Assembly (NCBI GenBank): GCA_963828255.1
Contig: CAWHDZ010000016.1
Span: forward strand, 1 to 64,000
Source of the DNA: an uncultured delta proteobacterium
GTDB lineage: Bacteria > Myxococcota > Myxococcia > Myxococcales > Anaeromyxobacteraceae
Direction: 5' to 3'
Length of the DNA stretch: 64,000 nucleotides
Numbering within the stretch: the stretch's first letter is position 1; every line of letters starts with the position of its first letter. Made by a program: the position numbers and the translations under genes. Shown one piece after another: positions 52,882-64,000 of the stretch. Below the pieces are notes generated by a model, which was not told where the DNA came from, made no database searches, and saw nothing but the letters and a program-made list of their open reading frames with translations.

Positions 52882-54000
52882 CTACTGCAGGATCTCGAAC
52901 TTCCCGTTCTTCACGATCTGCACGGCGGCGGCGTGGTTGCCGTCGCGGCTGGGGAGGAAGGAGAACTTGCCGAGCGGCGTGGGCAGGTCCTTCACCTTGG
53001 CGAAGCCGGCCTTGATGTCGTCGCGGCCGCCCTTCATGCCGGCCTGGGCGATGGCGTCGGCGATGACCAGCACGCCGGTGTAGGCCTGGGCGCAGAACTG
53101 GTCGGGGTCGTTGCCGCGGGCCTTCTGGCCGGCGATGAAGGCCTGGTTGACCGGGTCGGCGGAGGCCTTGTTCCAGGCCGTGCCCACCATGACCCCCTCG
53201 GCGGCCGGGCCGGCGTTGGCCATGAGCTTGGGGGAGTTGAAGCCGTTGCCGCCCATGATGGGGACGTTCCAGCCCAGCTGGCGGGCCTGGGACACGATGG
53301 CGGCGGCCTGCTCGACCAGCGCCGAGACCATGAGGAAGTCGGGGTTCTTGGCCTTGAGCGCGGTGAGCTGGGCGTTGAAGTCGCGGTCCTTGGTGGCGAA
53401 GGTCTGGATGTCCACGATGGGGGTGCCGTTGGCCTCGAGCGAGGCCTTCATGACGTCGAATCCACCCTTGGTGAATGCGTCGTCGTTGCCGTAGAGGATG
53501 GCGGCGTTCTTGAAGCCGATCTTGGCCTGGGCCGCCTTGAGCGCCGAGGGGATCACCTGGGCCTCGGTGAGCGAGACGCGCCAGATGAAGTCGCCGATGT
53601 CGGTGATCCCCTTGGGGGCGGTGTTGGAGACCGCGACCACCGGGGTCTTCGCCTGCTGGGCCAGCGGATCGGCGGCGGTGGCGGTGGTGGAGAGGGTGGG
53701 GCCGATGATGGCGCTCACCTTGTCGCGGTTGATGAAGCGCTGGAAGACGGCGATGCCCTGCTCCTTGGAGGTGGCGTCGTCCTCGAGGACCAGCTCGAGG
53801 GTGATGCCCTTGAGCTTGCCGCTCTTGTTGACGTCGTCGACGGCGGCCTGGACGCCGGCCTTCTGCTGCGCGCCGTAGGCGGCGGCATTGCCGGTGAGTG
53901 AGAAGGCGGCGCCGATCTTGACGGTCTCGGCGGCGGAGAGGGTGGGAAGGGCCAGAAGGGCGACCGCGGCTGCGGCGAGGGATCGAACCGGGGTGATCAT
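52882..54000 (-). CDS. Branched-chain amino acid ABC substrate-binding protein (LivJ/K family)
   Basis: ATG 54000 after GGAGG; signal peptide; VKIG....LTG..A.YG, IIGP..S, DF.AQLT. Confidence 0.9.
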   Translation of the reverse strand: MITPVRSLAAAAVALLALPTLSAAETVKIGAAFSLTGNAAAYGAQQKAGVQAAVDDVNKSGKLKGITLELVLEDDATSKEQGIAVFQRFINRDKVSAIIGPTLSTTATAADPLAQQAKTPVVAVSNTAPKGITDIGDFIWRVSLTEAQVIPSALKAAQAKIGFKNAAILYGNDDAFTKGGFDVMKASLEANGTPIVDIQTFATKDRDFNAQLTALKAKNPDFLMVSALVEQAAAIVSQARQLGWNVPIMGGNGFNSPKLMANAGPAAEGVMVGTAWNKASADPVNQAFIAGQKARGNDPDQFCAQAYTGVLVIADAIAQAGMKGGRDDIKAGFAKVKDLPTPLGKFSFLPSRDGNHAAAVQIVKNGKFEILQ

Positions 54001-54330
54001 GAAACCTCCGTTGGGGCGAGGTGGGACCGAGGGTCGTACCACCCGACGCGAGGCGCGGACAAGTGGACGGGCACGGGCCCGCTGCTCGCATTTCATGAGG
54101 CGGGACCGCCCTTTCCACGCCCCGTGCGGGGCGGGGGCAAGCACCCGTTCAATTTCCCTGATTTGCGCGGAAAATTGTCCTGGATCAAGAGAGAGGCACC
54201 CGTCCGGGGTCATGACGCGCCGCAACTTGCGGTGTCCCCATTCGCATGCGAGAAGTTTGCACACAATCGCCGACAGGCCGCCGCCTCGGCGAACAGCGCC
54301 GTTCCCGCACGGTTCAACCGGAGGATACAC

Positions 54331-55581
54331 GTGAGAATCAAGGCACTCTTCAGTCTGGCAGCTCTCGGATTCGCTAGCCTGGCATTCGCCCAGGCGCAGA
54401 ACGTGGTCGTGGAGGAGAGGAAGACCGAGACGGTGACCGTGGTCGTGAAGGAGACGCCCAAGCCCCCGGCGTTCGTCTTCGAGCTGCACGGCTTCGTCTC
54501 CACCACGGGCTTCTTCCAGGACGCTCCCTTCAACTCCTACGGCCAGAAGGCCCTGTTCGTCGGTGGCAAGTACGAGGCCGACAAGCCCGTCTTCGGCTTC
54601 GACATCCGCCAGACCCGGCTCAACTTCTCGGTCAAGGGCCCCCAGATCATGGGAGGCGCCACGCCGAAGGCCGTCGTCGAGTTCGACATGTTCGGCATCG
54701 ACGAGGTCACGGTTGGCGCGACCAGCGTCTACGGTGACGTCTCGATCCTCCCCCGCATCCGCGTGGCCTACGTCGAGCTCGCCTGGGCCAACACGACCCT
54801 CCAGATCGGCCAGCAGAACATGCTCACGATCGGGGCCATCCCGCAGTCGCTCCGCGGGATCGCCTTCCCGATGACCTACGCTGCCGGCACCGTCGGCTGG
54901 AGGGCGCCGGGCGTCTGGGGCTGGCACACCTTCGGTACCGACACCAAGCTCGAGATCGCCTGGTCGGTCCAGCGGTCGCAGTGGGCAAACGGCTCCGGGC
55001 TCTCCCCCGGCGGAATCAATGCTGGCTACTCCTCCGGCCTTCCGGCCTTCGAGGGCCGCGCCCGCGTGTTCAACAAGATGTTCGACATCTGGCTCTCCGG
55101 CCACTGGCAGACAATCGACCGCAACGGCCCCGGAGTCATCGCCGTCCCGACCCCAAATACCGACATGCAAACGATCCTCGGGACGGTCGGCACCAAGTTC
55201 AACCTGGGGCCGGTCGCCCTCTCCGGAAGCGCCTGGTACGGCAAGAACGCGGGCCCGCTGCTCGGAAACATCATCCAGTTCACGCCCCTCACCTACCAGG
55301 GCAACATCTTCGGCTACGGCGCCTGGGGGCAGGCTGGCGTGAACGTCACGAAGAGCCTTTCCGCTTGGTTCACCTACGGAATCGACCATCCGCAGTACGC
55401 CGACATCTTCGCGACCGGCAACTTCCGCATGCGCAACCAGAACATGGTCGGGATGGTGCGCTGGCAGGAAGGCGGATTCATGATGGGCATGGAGTGGCTC
55501 TACACCCGCACGACCGACTCCCGGTTCGCCGACCCGCTCACCGGCAACCAGATCTCGCTCTCCGCGAACTACTACTTCTAG
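54331..55581 (+). CDS. Outer-membrane porin (DcaP-like beta-barrel)
   Basis: GTG after GGAGG; signal peptide; ELHGFV, RQTRLNF, VEFDMFG, PRIRVAY.EL, GQ; C-terminal aromatic (NYYF). Confidence 0.72.
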   Translation: MRIKALFSLAALGFASLAFAQAQNVVVEERKTETVTVVVKETPKPPAFVFELHGFVSTTGFFQDAPFNSYGQKALFVGGKYEADKPVFGFDIRQTRLNFSVKGPQIMGGATPKAVVEFDMFGIDEVTVGATSVYGDVSILPRIRVAYVELAWANTTLQIGQQNMLTIGAIPQSLRGIAFPMTYAAGTVGWRAPGVWGWHTFGTDTKLEIAWSVQRSQWANGSGLSPGGINAGYSSGLPAFEGRARVFNKMFDIWLSGHWQTIDRNGPGVIAVPTPNTDMQTILGTVGTKFNLGPVALSGSAWYGKNAGPLLGNIIQFTPLTYQGNIFGYGAWGQAGVNVTKSLSAWFTYGIDHPQYADIFATGNFRMRNQNMVGMVRWQEGGFMMGMEWLYTRTTDSRFADPLTGNQISLSANYYF

Positions 55582-55604
55582 CCGGATCGAGGCACCCGTT
55601 TCAG

Positions 55605-55643
55605 GCCGCCTCCGCGCCCCCGTGGCGCGGGGGCGGTTTTTTT
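55605..55643 (+). terminator. Rho-independent terminator after the porin
   Basis: GCCGCCTCCGCGCC / GGCGCGGGGGCGGT stem followed by a T7 run. Confidence 0.85.
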
Positions 55644-55686
55644 CCTAGAAGACCTGCTTACCACCCCCTTTGGAGATCCACCCGTC

Positions 55687-56667
55687 ATGGCCAACCAGCT
55701 CGACTTCGTCCGCGTGGACTACCCGGAACCGCACCGGGAGCGGACGCGCCGGCTGCTCGCCGCCCACCCGGAGGCCAAGCTGCTGCAGGGGCCCGAGCCT
55801 CGCTCGGCCCCCATCCTGATCGGAGTGGTCGCCTTCCAGATCGCGATGGCCTGGGTCCTGCGCGACCAGAGCCTCTGGCTTGTGGTGCCCCTGGCCTGGC
55901 TCCTGGGGGCGGTGGCCGACCACGCGCTGTGGGTGCTCATCCACGAGGCTGCGCACAACCTGATCGTCAAGACACCCTGGATGAACTCGCTGGCCACGCT
56001 GGTGGCCAACCTCCCCATCATCTTCCCCGGCGGCATCGCCTTCCGGCGCTACCACCTGCTCCACCACGCCTGGCAGGGCGACCCGGAGATCGACGCCGAC
56101 CTGGCCGCTCCCACCGAGGCCCGCCTGGTGGGGAACTCCAGCGTCAAGAAGGCGCTCTGGCTGCTCTTCTACTTCCTGGCCCAGGGAATGCGCGCCACCC
56201 AGCTGAAGCGAATCAAGCTCTGGGACGCCTGGTACGTTGCAAACGTGGCCGCCCAGGTGGCCTTCGTCGTCGCGGTCGTCCACTTCATGGGCTGGACCGC
56301 GCTCCTCTACCTCTTCCTCTCCAGCGCCTTCGCCATCGGGCTGCACCCGGTCGGGGCGCGCTGGATCCAGGAGCACTACCTCACCTTCCCGGGCAACCAG
56401 GAGACCTTCTCCTACTACGGCCCCATGAACGTGCTGGCGCTCAACGTGGGCTACCACAACGAGCACCATGACCTGATGCGCGTCCCCTGGACGAGGCTGC
56501 CGGCGCTCAAGGCCATGGCGCCGGAGCTCTACGAGCCGCTCCACTTCCATCGCTCCTGGTCGGCCCTGCTCTGGCGCTTCCTGACGGACCCCAGCATCAC
56601 GCTCTACAGCCGGGTGATCCGGCACGGTACGGTGGCCGGGACCGGGCGCCTCGAGCCCACAGCCTAG
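55687..56667 (+). CDS. Sphingolipid delta-4 desaturase-like (DEGS/DES1) fatty acid desaturase
   Basis: N-terminal DF..VDYPEPH.ER...LL.AHPE.K.L; His boxes [36 protein letters not shown]....[10 protein letters not shown]. Confidence 0.85.
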   Translation: MANQLDFVRVDYPEPHRERTRRLLAAHPEAKLLQGPEPRSAPILIGVVAFQIAMAWVLRDQSLWLVVPLAWLLGAVADHALWVLIHEAAHNLIVKTPWMNSLATLVANLPIIFPGGIAFRRYHLLHHAWQGDPEIDADLAAPTEARLVGNSSVKKALWLLFYFLAQGMRATQLKRIKLWDAWYVANVAAQVAFVVAVVHFMGWTALLYLFLSSAFAIGLHPVGARWIQEHYLTFPGNQETFSYYGPMNVLALNVGYHNEHHDLMRVPWTRLPALKAMAPELYEPLHFHRSWSALLWRFLTDPSITLYSRVIRHGTVAGTGRLEPTA

Positions 56668-56715
56668 CGAACGCCCCCGGCCGCACGCCCCGCCGGGCGG
56701 GCGTACAATGGCGTG

Positions 56716-58176
56716 ATGCGGCGCGCCGCGCTCATCGCGATCCTGGCAACCGGGCTGACCGGCTGCGCCACCTCCCGCTCCTCCTTCCGCTGCGAGGCCA
56801 GGGGCGGGCGGGGCTGGCTGGCCGTCTACTCCGACCAGTTCGTGGTGGTGACCGACCTCGACGAGGAGGACGCACGGGCGCTGGCGGCCGAGCTCGACCT
56901 GATCCGCATCGCGGTGGCGTCGTCCCTCTTCCAGAGGCGCCACGACCCGCCCGTGCGGGCCACCGTGATCGCCTTCCGCTCCACCGCCGACTACCAGGGC
57001 TTCGCCCCGGCCGGCTCGGCTGCCTACTACGCGCGTGGCACGGCCGAACCCAAGATCGTCATGCCCGGCAAGTTGGGGCTGGAGCAGCGGCGCGTGCTGG
57101 CCCACGAGCTGGCCCACCACGTCTCCTCCTACGTGCTCCTGCGGGAGCCGCGCTGGTTCTCGGAGGGGCTCGCCACCTGGGCCGAGACGGTGGGGACCAC
57201 GTCCACCGGGATCCGGATGGTCACCGGCGCCGTTCCGCCCGGGCGCCGGGTCCTGCCCCGGCCCCAGCGGATGCCCGCCCGGCAACTCCTCGCCTGGGAC
57301 GGGAGCGTGCCCTCCGGAGGGCTAGCCCCCTACTACGACGCGGCCTGGCTCACCGTGCACTACCTCGTGAACCAGCACCCCGAGGCCCTGCACGCCTTCG
57401 AGGGGCGTCTGGCCGGCGCCGAGGATCCCGACGACGCCTTCCGCGCCTCCTTCCCGCAGTGGAACCCCGACGTGCCCGGCGCGCTCGACCGGCTCGACGG
57501 GGAGCTCGACCTCTGGGCGCGCAACGGGCGCTTCGACGGCAAGCCCCTGCAGATCGACTCGAGGCCCAACATCAGCGTGCAGCCGGTCGAGCCGGCGGAG
57601 GTCCATGCCATCCGGCTGCTCCTCTGGACCGGGGGGGCGCCGCGGGAGGGGGACGATGTGGCGCGGCGCGCCGAGCTCGACGAGGGGCTGGCCGAGGACC
57701 CGTACCATCCGCTGCTGCTGCGCCATCTGGCCAAGCAAGACGGCAGGGATCCCTTGCCCCTGGCCCGCCTGGCCGTGAAGGGCCGTCCCGGCGACCCGAG
57801 GGCCTGGACCTTCCTCGCCGAGAGCCTCCCCCCGGACGCGGTCGCCGACCGGGAGGCCGCGCTGCGCAGGGCGACCGAGCTCGCCCCGTCGAACCCACTC
57901 GCCCTCTCCGCCCTCGCAGAGATGCTGCTCCAGGCGGGCCGGTCGGGCGAGGCGCTGCCGCCGGCGCGGAAGGCGGTGCAGCTCGGACCCTTCAGCCCGG
58001 ACGTCCTCGACACCTACGCCGCCGTCGCCGCCGACCTGGGCAACTGCCCGCAGGCGCAGCTCGCCTCCCGGCGCGCGCTCGACGTGTTCCCGGACGAGGG
58101 AGATCCGGCGCAGCGGGCCCGGCTGGAGACGCGCATGGCCGCCATCCGGGCGAGGTGCCGGCCGGAGGGGAAGTGA
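56716..58176 (+). CDS. Lipoprotein with gluzincin-like (HExxH) domain and C-terminal TPRs
   Basis: Lipobox [12 protein letters not shown]...[20 protein letters not shown]; helical TPR-like repeats. Confidence 0.7.
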   Translation: MRRAALIAILATGLTGCATSRSSFRCEARGGRGWLAVYSDQFVVVTDLDEEDARALAAELDLIRIAVASSLFQRRHDPPVRATVIAFRSTADYQGFAPAGSAAYYARGTAEPKIVMPGKLGLEQRRVLAHELAHHVSSYVLLREPRWFSEGLATWAETVGTTSTGIRMVTGAVPPGRRVLPRPQRMPARQLLAWDGSVPSGGLAPYYDAAWLTVHYLVNQHPEALHAFEGRLAGAEDPDDAFRASFPQWNPDVPGALDRLDGELDLWARNGRFDGKPLQIDSRPNISVQPVEPAEVHAIRLLLWTGGAPREGDDVARRAELDEGLAEDPYHPLLLRHLAKQDGRDPLPLARLAVKGRPGDPRAWTFLAESLPPDAVADREAALRRATELAPSNPLALSALAEMLLQAGRSGEALPPARKAVQLGPFSPDVLDTYAAVAADLGNCPQAQLASRRALDVFPDEGDPAQRARLETRMAAIRARCRPEGK

Positions 58177-58208
58177 TCCGGCCCCCGGTGCGGTATAAAA
58201 CCGCCACC

Positions 58209-59936
<1,728 letters not shown>

Positions 59937-59948
59937 GGGCGGGGACCG

Positions 59949-61235
59949 GTGCGCTCCCGCCTCGCCATCGGGCCGAACGACAGGGTCGCGCTGCCGCGCC
60001 ACGTCGCCGACTTGCTCGGCCTTCTCGACGGCGACCCGATCGAGCTGAAGGGGGTGCCGGGAGCCTTCGCCCTGCTGCAGGCGGCGGGGCGGGACAAGGT
60101 GGCGCCCTACCTGGCCGGATCGCTCAAGTCGCTGTCGGCGCCGGAGGTGTTCCACTTCCTGGCCACGTCGATCAAGACCGGGACGCTGCTCCTCTCCTTC
60201 GGCGCAGGGCACGACACGCCGCTGCCCGACGCGCCCGCGGGGCTCCGCCGCAAGACGGTGAGCTTCAAGGAGGGGCAGGTGACCTTCGCCTCGTCGAGCG
60301 AGCGGGCCGACAGGCTCCCGTCCGTGCTCTGGCGGGCCGGGCTCGTGCCCGCCGAGGAGCTCACGCGCTGCGGGAGGCTCGTCCAGGCCGGCCGGCCGCT
60401 CGGCCAGGTGCTCGTCGAGGAGGGGCTGCTCGACCCCGGCCAGCTCTACGGCGCGATGACCCTGCAGATCCGCGAGATCGTGCTGGGAGCCTTCCTGGAG
60501 GACGATGGGGAATTCGTCTTCGTGGAGGGGAGGCCCGACGAGCGGAACGCCGTCCGCCTTCCCGAGCGAACCCACGAGATCCTGCTCGAGGGAATGCGGC
60601 GGCGTGCCGAGGTGGACCGGCTCGCGACCACCCTTCCGGATCGCGACGCCGTGGCCCGACGGAGGCCCGGAGCAGCCGGGGAGCCCGGCCCCCGCGCCAG
60701 GCGGCTCCTCGAGATCATCGACGGCGCGCGCACGGTCCGGCGCGCCCTCGACGACTCCTGGCTCGGGCTCCACGAGGGGACCGTGGCCCTCGACGAGCTG
60801 GTCCGGGGAGGCTTCGTCGAGGCGGTGGCGTCCCGCGCCGCGCCACCCGCCCAGGCGCCCCCGCCTCCCATCCCCTCCGGCGGGCCGTTCGAGGCCTACG
60901 CCCGGATCATCCGGCACGTCTACGAGGAGCTGTCCCGCGTCCAGGCCGACGCCGGCCGGCGGCTGGAGAGCTTCTTCGAGCGGATGCCCCCGGAGCGGCG
61001 CGCCGTCTTCGACGGGGTCCGCATCGACGCCGACGGACGCATCGACGTGGCGCAGCTCATCCTGAACGTCGGGGAGGGGTCGCCGCGGCCGGGACCGGCG
61101 GCGCGCGCCCGGGCGCTCGACGCGCTGGAGTCCTTCCTGACCTTCGCGCTCTTCGAGGTGGGGAACTGCCTGCCTCCGCCCGAGGCCGCGCGGGTGCTCG
61201 GCGAGGTGGGGCGCATGCAGGCGGGGGCGCCATGA
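59949..61235 (+). CDS. DUF4388 (PATAN-like) protein with N-terminal AbrB-like segment
   Basis: LAGSL.....PEV..FL....KTG.L, F.EG.V.FASS, LG.VLV..G, GEFVF.EG. Confidence 0.75.
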   Translation: MRSRLAIGPNDRVALPRHVADLLGLLDGDPIELKGVPGAFALLQAAGRDKVAPYLAGSLKSLSAPEVFHFLATSIKTGTLLLSFGAGHDTPLPDAPAGLRRKTVSFKEGQVTFASSSERADRLPSVLWRAGLVPAEELTRCGRLVQAGRPLGQVLVEEGLLDPGQLYGAMTLQIREIVLGAFLEDDGEFVFVEGRPDERNAVRLPERTHEILLEGMRRRAEVDRLATTLPDRDAVARRRPGAAGEPGPRARRLLEIIDGARTVRRALDDSWLGLHEGTVALDELVRGGFVEAVASRAAPPAQAPPPPIPSGGPFEAYARIIRHVYEELSRVQADAGRRLESFFERMPPERRAVFDGVRIDADGRIDVAQLILNVGEGSPRPGPAARARALDALESFLTFALFEVGNCLPPPEAARVLGEVGRMQAGAP

Positions 61236-61942
61236 GCCGTCCGGGACGGGAGCGCATCTGCGCCGCCATCGACTTTCCCACGTGGCGCGAGGCGGAGCCC
61301 TTCGCCCGCGCCGTGGCACCGGAGGTCGGGATGCTCAAGGTGGGGCTCGAGCTCTTCGCCGCCGAGGGGCCGGCGGCGGTCCGCGCCGCAGCGGGGCTGG
61401 GGCGCCCGGTCTTCCTCGACCTCAAGCTGCACGACATCCCCAACACCGTGGAGGGGGCCGCCCGCAGCGCCGCGGCATCCGGAGCTTCGCTGCTCACCGT
61501 CCACGCCGCCGGTGGCGACGAGATGGTGCGCGCCGCGGTGCGGGGTGCGGCCGGGCGGCTTCACGTCCTGGCCGTGACCGTGCTCACCAGCCTGGACGAC
61601 GCGGCGCTCGGGCGCATCGGGCTCGCCGGCCCGGCCGCCGAGGCCGTGGTCCGGCTGGCGCGCCTCGCCGTTGGAGCGGGGGCCGACGGACTGGTCTGCT
61701 CGCCGCACGAGGTGGCCGCCGTCCGGGCTGCCGTGGGGCCGGGGCCGCTGCTGGTCGTCCCGGGTGTCCGTCCGCCGGGCGCGTCGCGGGGCGACCAGGC
61801 CCGGGTGGCCACGCCGGCCGAGGCGGTGGCGGCAGGGGCCGACGTCGTCGTGATCGGGAGGCCGCTGCGGGAGGGCGGTGATCCGGCGGCGGCGGCAAGG
61901 GCGATCGCGGCGACGCTTCGGGAAGGAGGGAGGGCGGGATGA
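61232..61942 (+). CDS. pyrF: Orotidine-5'-phosphate decarboxylase
   Basis: [50 protein letters not shown]. Confidence 0.97.
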   Translation: MSRPGRERICAAIDFPTWREAEPFARAVAPEVGMLKVGLELFAAEGPAAVRAAAGLGRPVFLDLKLHDIPNTVEGAARSAAASGASLLTVHAAGGDEMVRAAVRGAAGRLHVLAVTVLTSLDDAALGRIGLAGPAAEAVVRLARLAVGAGADGLVCSPHEVAAVRAAVGPGPLLVVPGVRPPGASRGDQARVATPAEAVAAGADVVVIGRPLREGGDPAAAARAIAATLREGGRAG

Positions 61943-62730
61943 TCCAGGGGATCTTCGGCGGCTACCCGATCTGGGTGGTCTTTGTGGGGACGGTGGTCGT
62001 CCTGGGCGCCGCCGCGAAGGTCGGTCACCTGATCGGCGCCCGGATGCGGGCCCGTCTCGGCGAGGCGGCCCCCCCCGACCTGGGGGCCGCGCTGGGCGGC
62101 CTGCTGGGGCTCCTCGCCCTGCTGCTCGCCTTCACCTTCGCCATGGCGGGTCAGCGGTTCGACTGGCGCAAGGCGCTCGTCGTGGACGAGGCGAACGCCA
62201 TCGGGACCGCCTGGCTGCGGGCCGACCTCATCCCCGAGCCGCAGGCCGCGCAGGCTCGCCAGGTGCTGCGGGCCTACGCCCAGGCCCGGGCCGACGTCAT
62301 GGAGGCCTCGAGGCGTGCCGAGGCGATCGCGCGCTCCGAGAGGCTCCAGTCCGAGCTGTGGGGCATCACCCGGGCCGCCGCCGCTGCGGCCCCGACCCCG
62401 ACGGTGGCACTGTTCGTCGTCGCCGTGAACGAGGTGATCGACGTTCACGGGCTGCGCGTCCAGGCCGCGCTGCGCAACCGCATCCCTCCCACGATCTTCG
62501 TGACCCTCCTCGCGGTGGCGATCCTCGTCATGGCGGCGACCGGCTACGCCGGCGGGCTCACCCGGGAGAGGAGCTCTCTCTCGAGCATCCTCCTGGTCTT
62601 GGTGCTCGCGGTGGTCATCACGCTGATCCTGGATCTCGACCGGCCCTACGACGGGCTCCTCACGGTGAGCCAGCAGGCGATCGTGGACGTGCTCCAGTCA
62701 ATGGGGCCGGCCGGGCGGCAGACGCCCTGA
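61939..62730 (+). CDS. DUF4239/bestrophin-like membrane protein
   Basis: [17 protein letters not shown]...[23 protein letters not shown]. Confidence 0.72.
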   Translation: MIQGIFGGYPIWVVFVGTVVVLGAAAKVGHLIGARMRARLGEAAPPDLGAALGGLLGLLALLLAFTFAMAGQRFDWRKALVVDEANAIGTAWLRADLIPEPQAAQARQVLRAYAQARADVMEASRRAEAIARSERLQSELWGITRAAAAAAPTPTVALFVVAVNEVIDVHGLRVQAALRNRIPPTIFVTLLAVAILVMAATGYAGGLTRERSSLSSILLVLVLAVVITLILDLDRPYDGLLTVSQQAIVDVLQSMGPAGRQTP

Positions 62731-62751
62731 TGGAACGAGGGCGATCCTCGA

Positions 62752-63420
62752 TCAGCGCCCGCTGCGTCGGAGCAGGACGTAGATGGCCCCCGCGCCCCCG
62801 TCCTGCGGCCTCGCCGTCGCGAAGGCGAGGACGTGCCTCCCGAACCGCGCCGTGGCGAGCCAGCTGCGAAGCGCCTCCTTCAGCACCGGCACCTGGTCCC
62901 TGGAGTGGAGCCCGCGCCCGTGCACGAGCAGCACGCAGCGCTTCCCCTGCTCCCGGGACCGGCGCAGGAAGCCGTCCACCTCCCCCTTGGCCTCCGCCCG
63001 CGACTTTCCGTGAAGGTCGAGGTGGGCCTGGACCGAGAAGTCCCCGCGGCGGAGCTTGCGGACCAGGGCGGGGTCGAGGCCCGAGACCCAGCCCTCGATG
63101 AACTCGTCGGTGTCGGAGATGTCGAAGGGGGCCTCGCCCGAGACCAGCGCCTCGAGCTCCTTCAGGGCGTCGAGGTCCGGGTGCCAGAACTCCGGTGCGG
63201 GGGGCTGTCGCCGCCCCGGCTCGACCACCTTGTTCCGCTCCTCCACCGGGCGCGCGCCCTCGATGGCAGCGGCCCACAGGTCGGCGTCGGTGGGCTCGGG
63301 GCGGGGAGGGGGAGGCGGTGGCGGAGCCGGTTTCGGTGGAACCACCGGCGCGGAGGCGTGCTTCCGCAGCTCCTTCAGCTTCCCGAATGGGTTGTGGAAC
63401 GGCTTCTTGTTCGCGGCCAC
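62752..63420 (-). CDS. Smr/MutS2 C-terminal domain protein
   Basis: GTG 63420 after GGAGG; LRRG....QAHLDLHG, LLVHGRGLHS, VLK, DGGAGA.YVLLR. Confidence 0.92.
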   Translation of the reverse strand: MAANKKPFHNPFGKLKELRKHASAPVVPPKPAPPPPPPPRPEPTDADLWAAAIEGARPVEERNKVVEPGRRQPPAPEFWHPDLDALKELEALVSGEAPFDISDTDEFIEGWVSGLDPALVRKLRRGDFSVQAHLDLHGKSRAEAKGEVDGFLRRSREQGKRCVLLVHGRGLHSRDQVPVLKEALRSWLATARFGRHVLAFATARPQDGGAGAIYVLLRRSGR

Positions 63421-63445
63421 GCCTCCCGGACTATAACTGCCCGGC

Positions 63446-64000
63446 ATGCCAGAACCCATCGTCGAGGCCGTGGACGTCGCCAAGGTCTACCAGCTCGGCA
63501 AGACCGAGGTGCACGCGCTCCGCCACGTGGACCTCACGGTCGAGCGGGGCGAGTTCCTCTCCATCGCGGGCCCCTCCGGGAGCGGCAAGACCACGCTCCT
63601 CAACCTCATCGGCGGCGTGGACGTGCCCAGCTCGGGCACCGTGCGGGTGGACGGCGAGGACACCTCCAAGCTCACCGAGCGCGCCCTCACCCGGCTGCGC
63701 CTCGACCACATCGGCTTCATCTTCCAGACCTTCAACCTGGTGGCGGTGCTCACCGTCTTCCAGAACGTCGAGTTCCCGCTCCTCCTGCAGGGGCGAATGA
63801 CCTCCCCGGAGCGGCGACGGAGGGTGAACGCGCTCCTCGAGTCGGTGGGGCTCGCCGACCACTCCCGCCACCGCCCCAGCGAGCTCTCGGGCGGCCAGCG
63901 GCAGCGCGTGGCCGTGGCCCGGGCGCTGGTCGGGAACCCCCCGCTGGTCCTGGCCGACGAGCCCACCGCCAACCTCGACTCGAAGACCGGCGGGAACATC
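63446..64000 (+). CDS. ABC transporter ATP-binding protein (LolD/MacB-like), runs off window end
   Basis: Manual translation: [68 protein letters not shown]. Confidence 0.92.
   Translation, partial: MPEPIVEAVDVAKVYQLGKTEVHALRHVDLTVERGEFLSIAGPSGSGKTTLLNLIGGVDVPSSGTVRVDGEDTSKLTERALTRLRLDHIGFIFQTFNLVAVLTVFQNVEFPLLLQGRMTSPERRRRVNALLESVGLADHSRHRPSELSGGQRQRVAVARALVGNPPLVLADEPTANLDSKTGGNI

Overview
Very GC-rich bacterial chromosomal window, about 55 protein-coding genes. Gene content (DUF4388, myxobacterial-type HNH protein, TatT/TatP TRAP system, DsbA, LexA-box style) suggests Myxococcota, probably Anaeromyxobacter-like; this is inference. I recognised no rRNA, tRNA, CRISPR array or classical IS. 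Housekeeping genes include ppk1, rpe-rsmB-fmt, recA, thpR, glmS-glmU, ggt, moaC, trxB, ispG, a liv-type ABC transporter, proS and pyrF. The most notable region is a five-gene putative peptide-ligation/tagging operon at 2851-12069: transglutaminase-DUF2126 amidoligase, a second stand-alone DUF2126, a circularly permuted ATP-grasp, alpha-E, and an apparently catalytically dead class-II glutamine amidotransferase fused to an intact transglutaminase. It has a candidate sigma54 promoter and NtrC-like site, and sits back-to-back with ppk1, which has a Pho-box-like repeat. Other points of interest: a lower-GC HNH endonuclease gene that looks inserted, two eukaryote-like sphingolipid enzymes (sphingomyelin-synthase-like and DEGS/DES1-like desaturase), a LETM1-like protein tightly linked to fmt, several probable pseudo-enzymes, and recurrent leaderless-type promoters. 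Four genes carry single-base frameshifts in G/C runs, most likely sequencing errors. All calls come from motif recognition by eye; no database searches were run.
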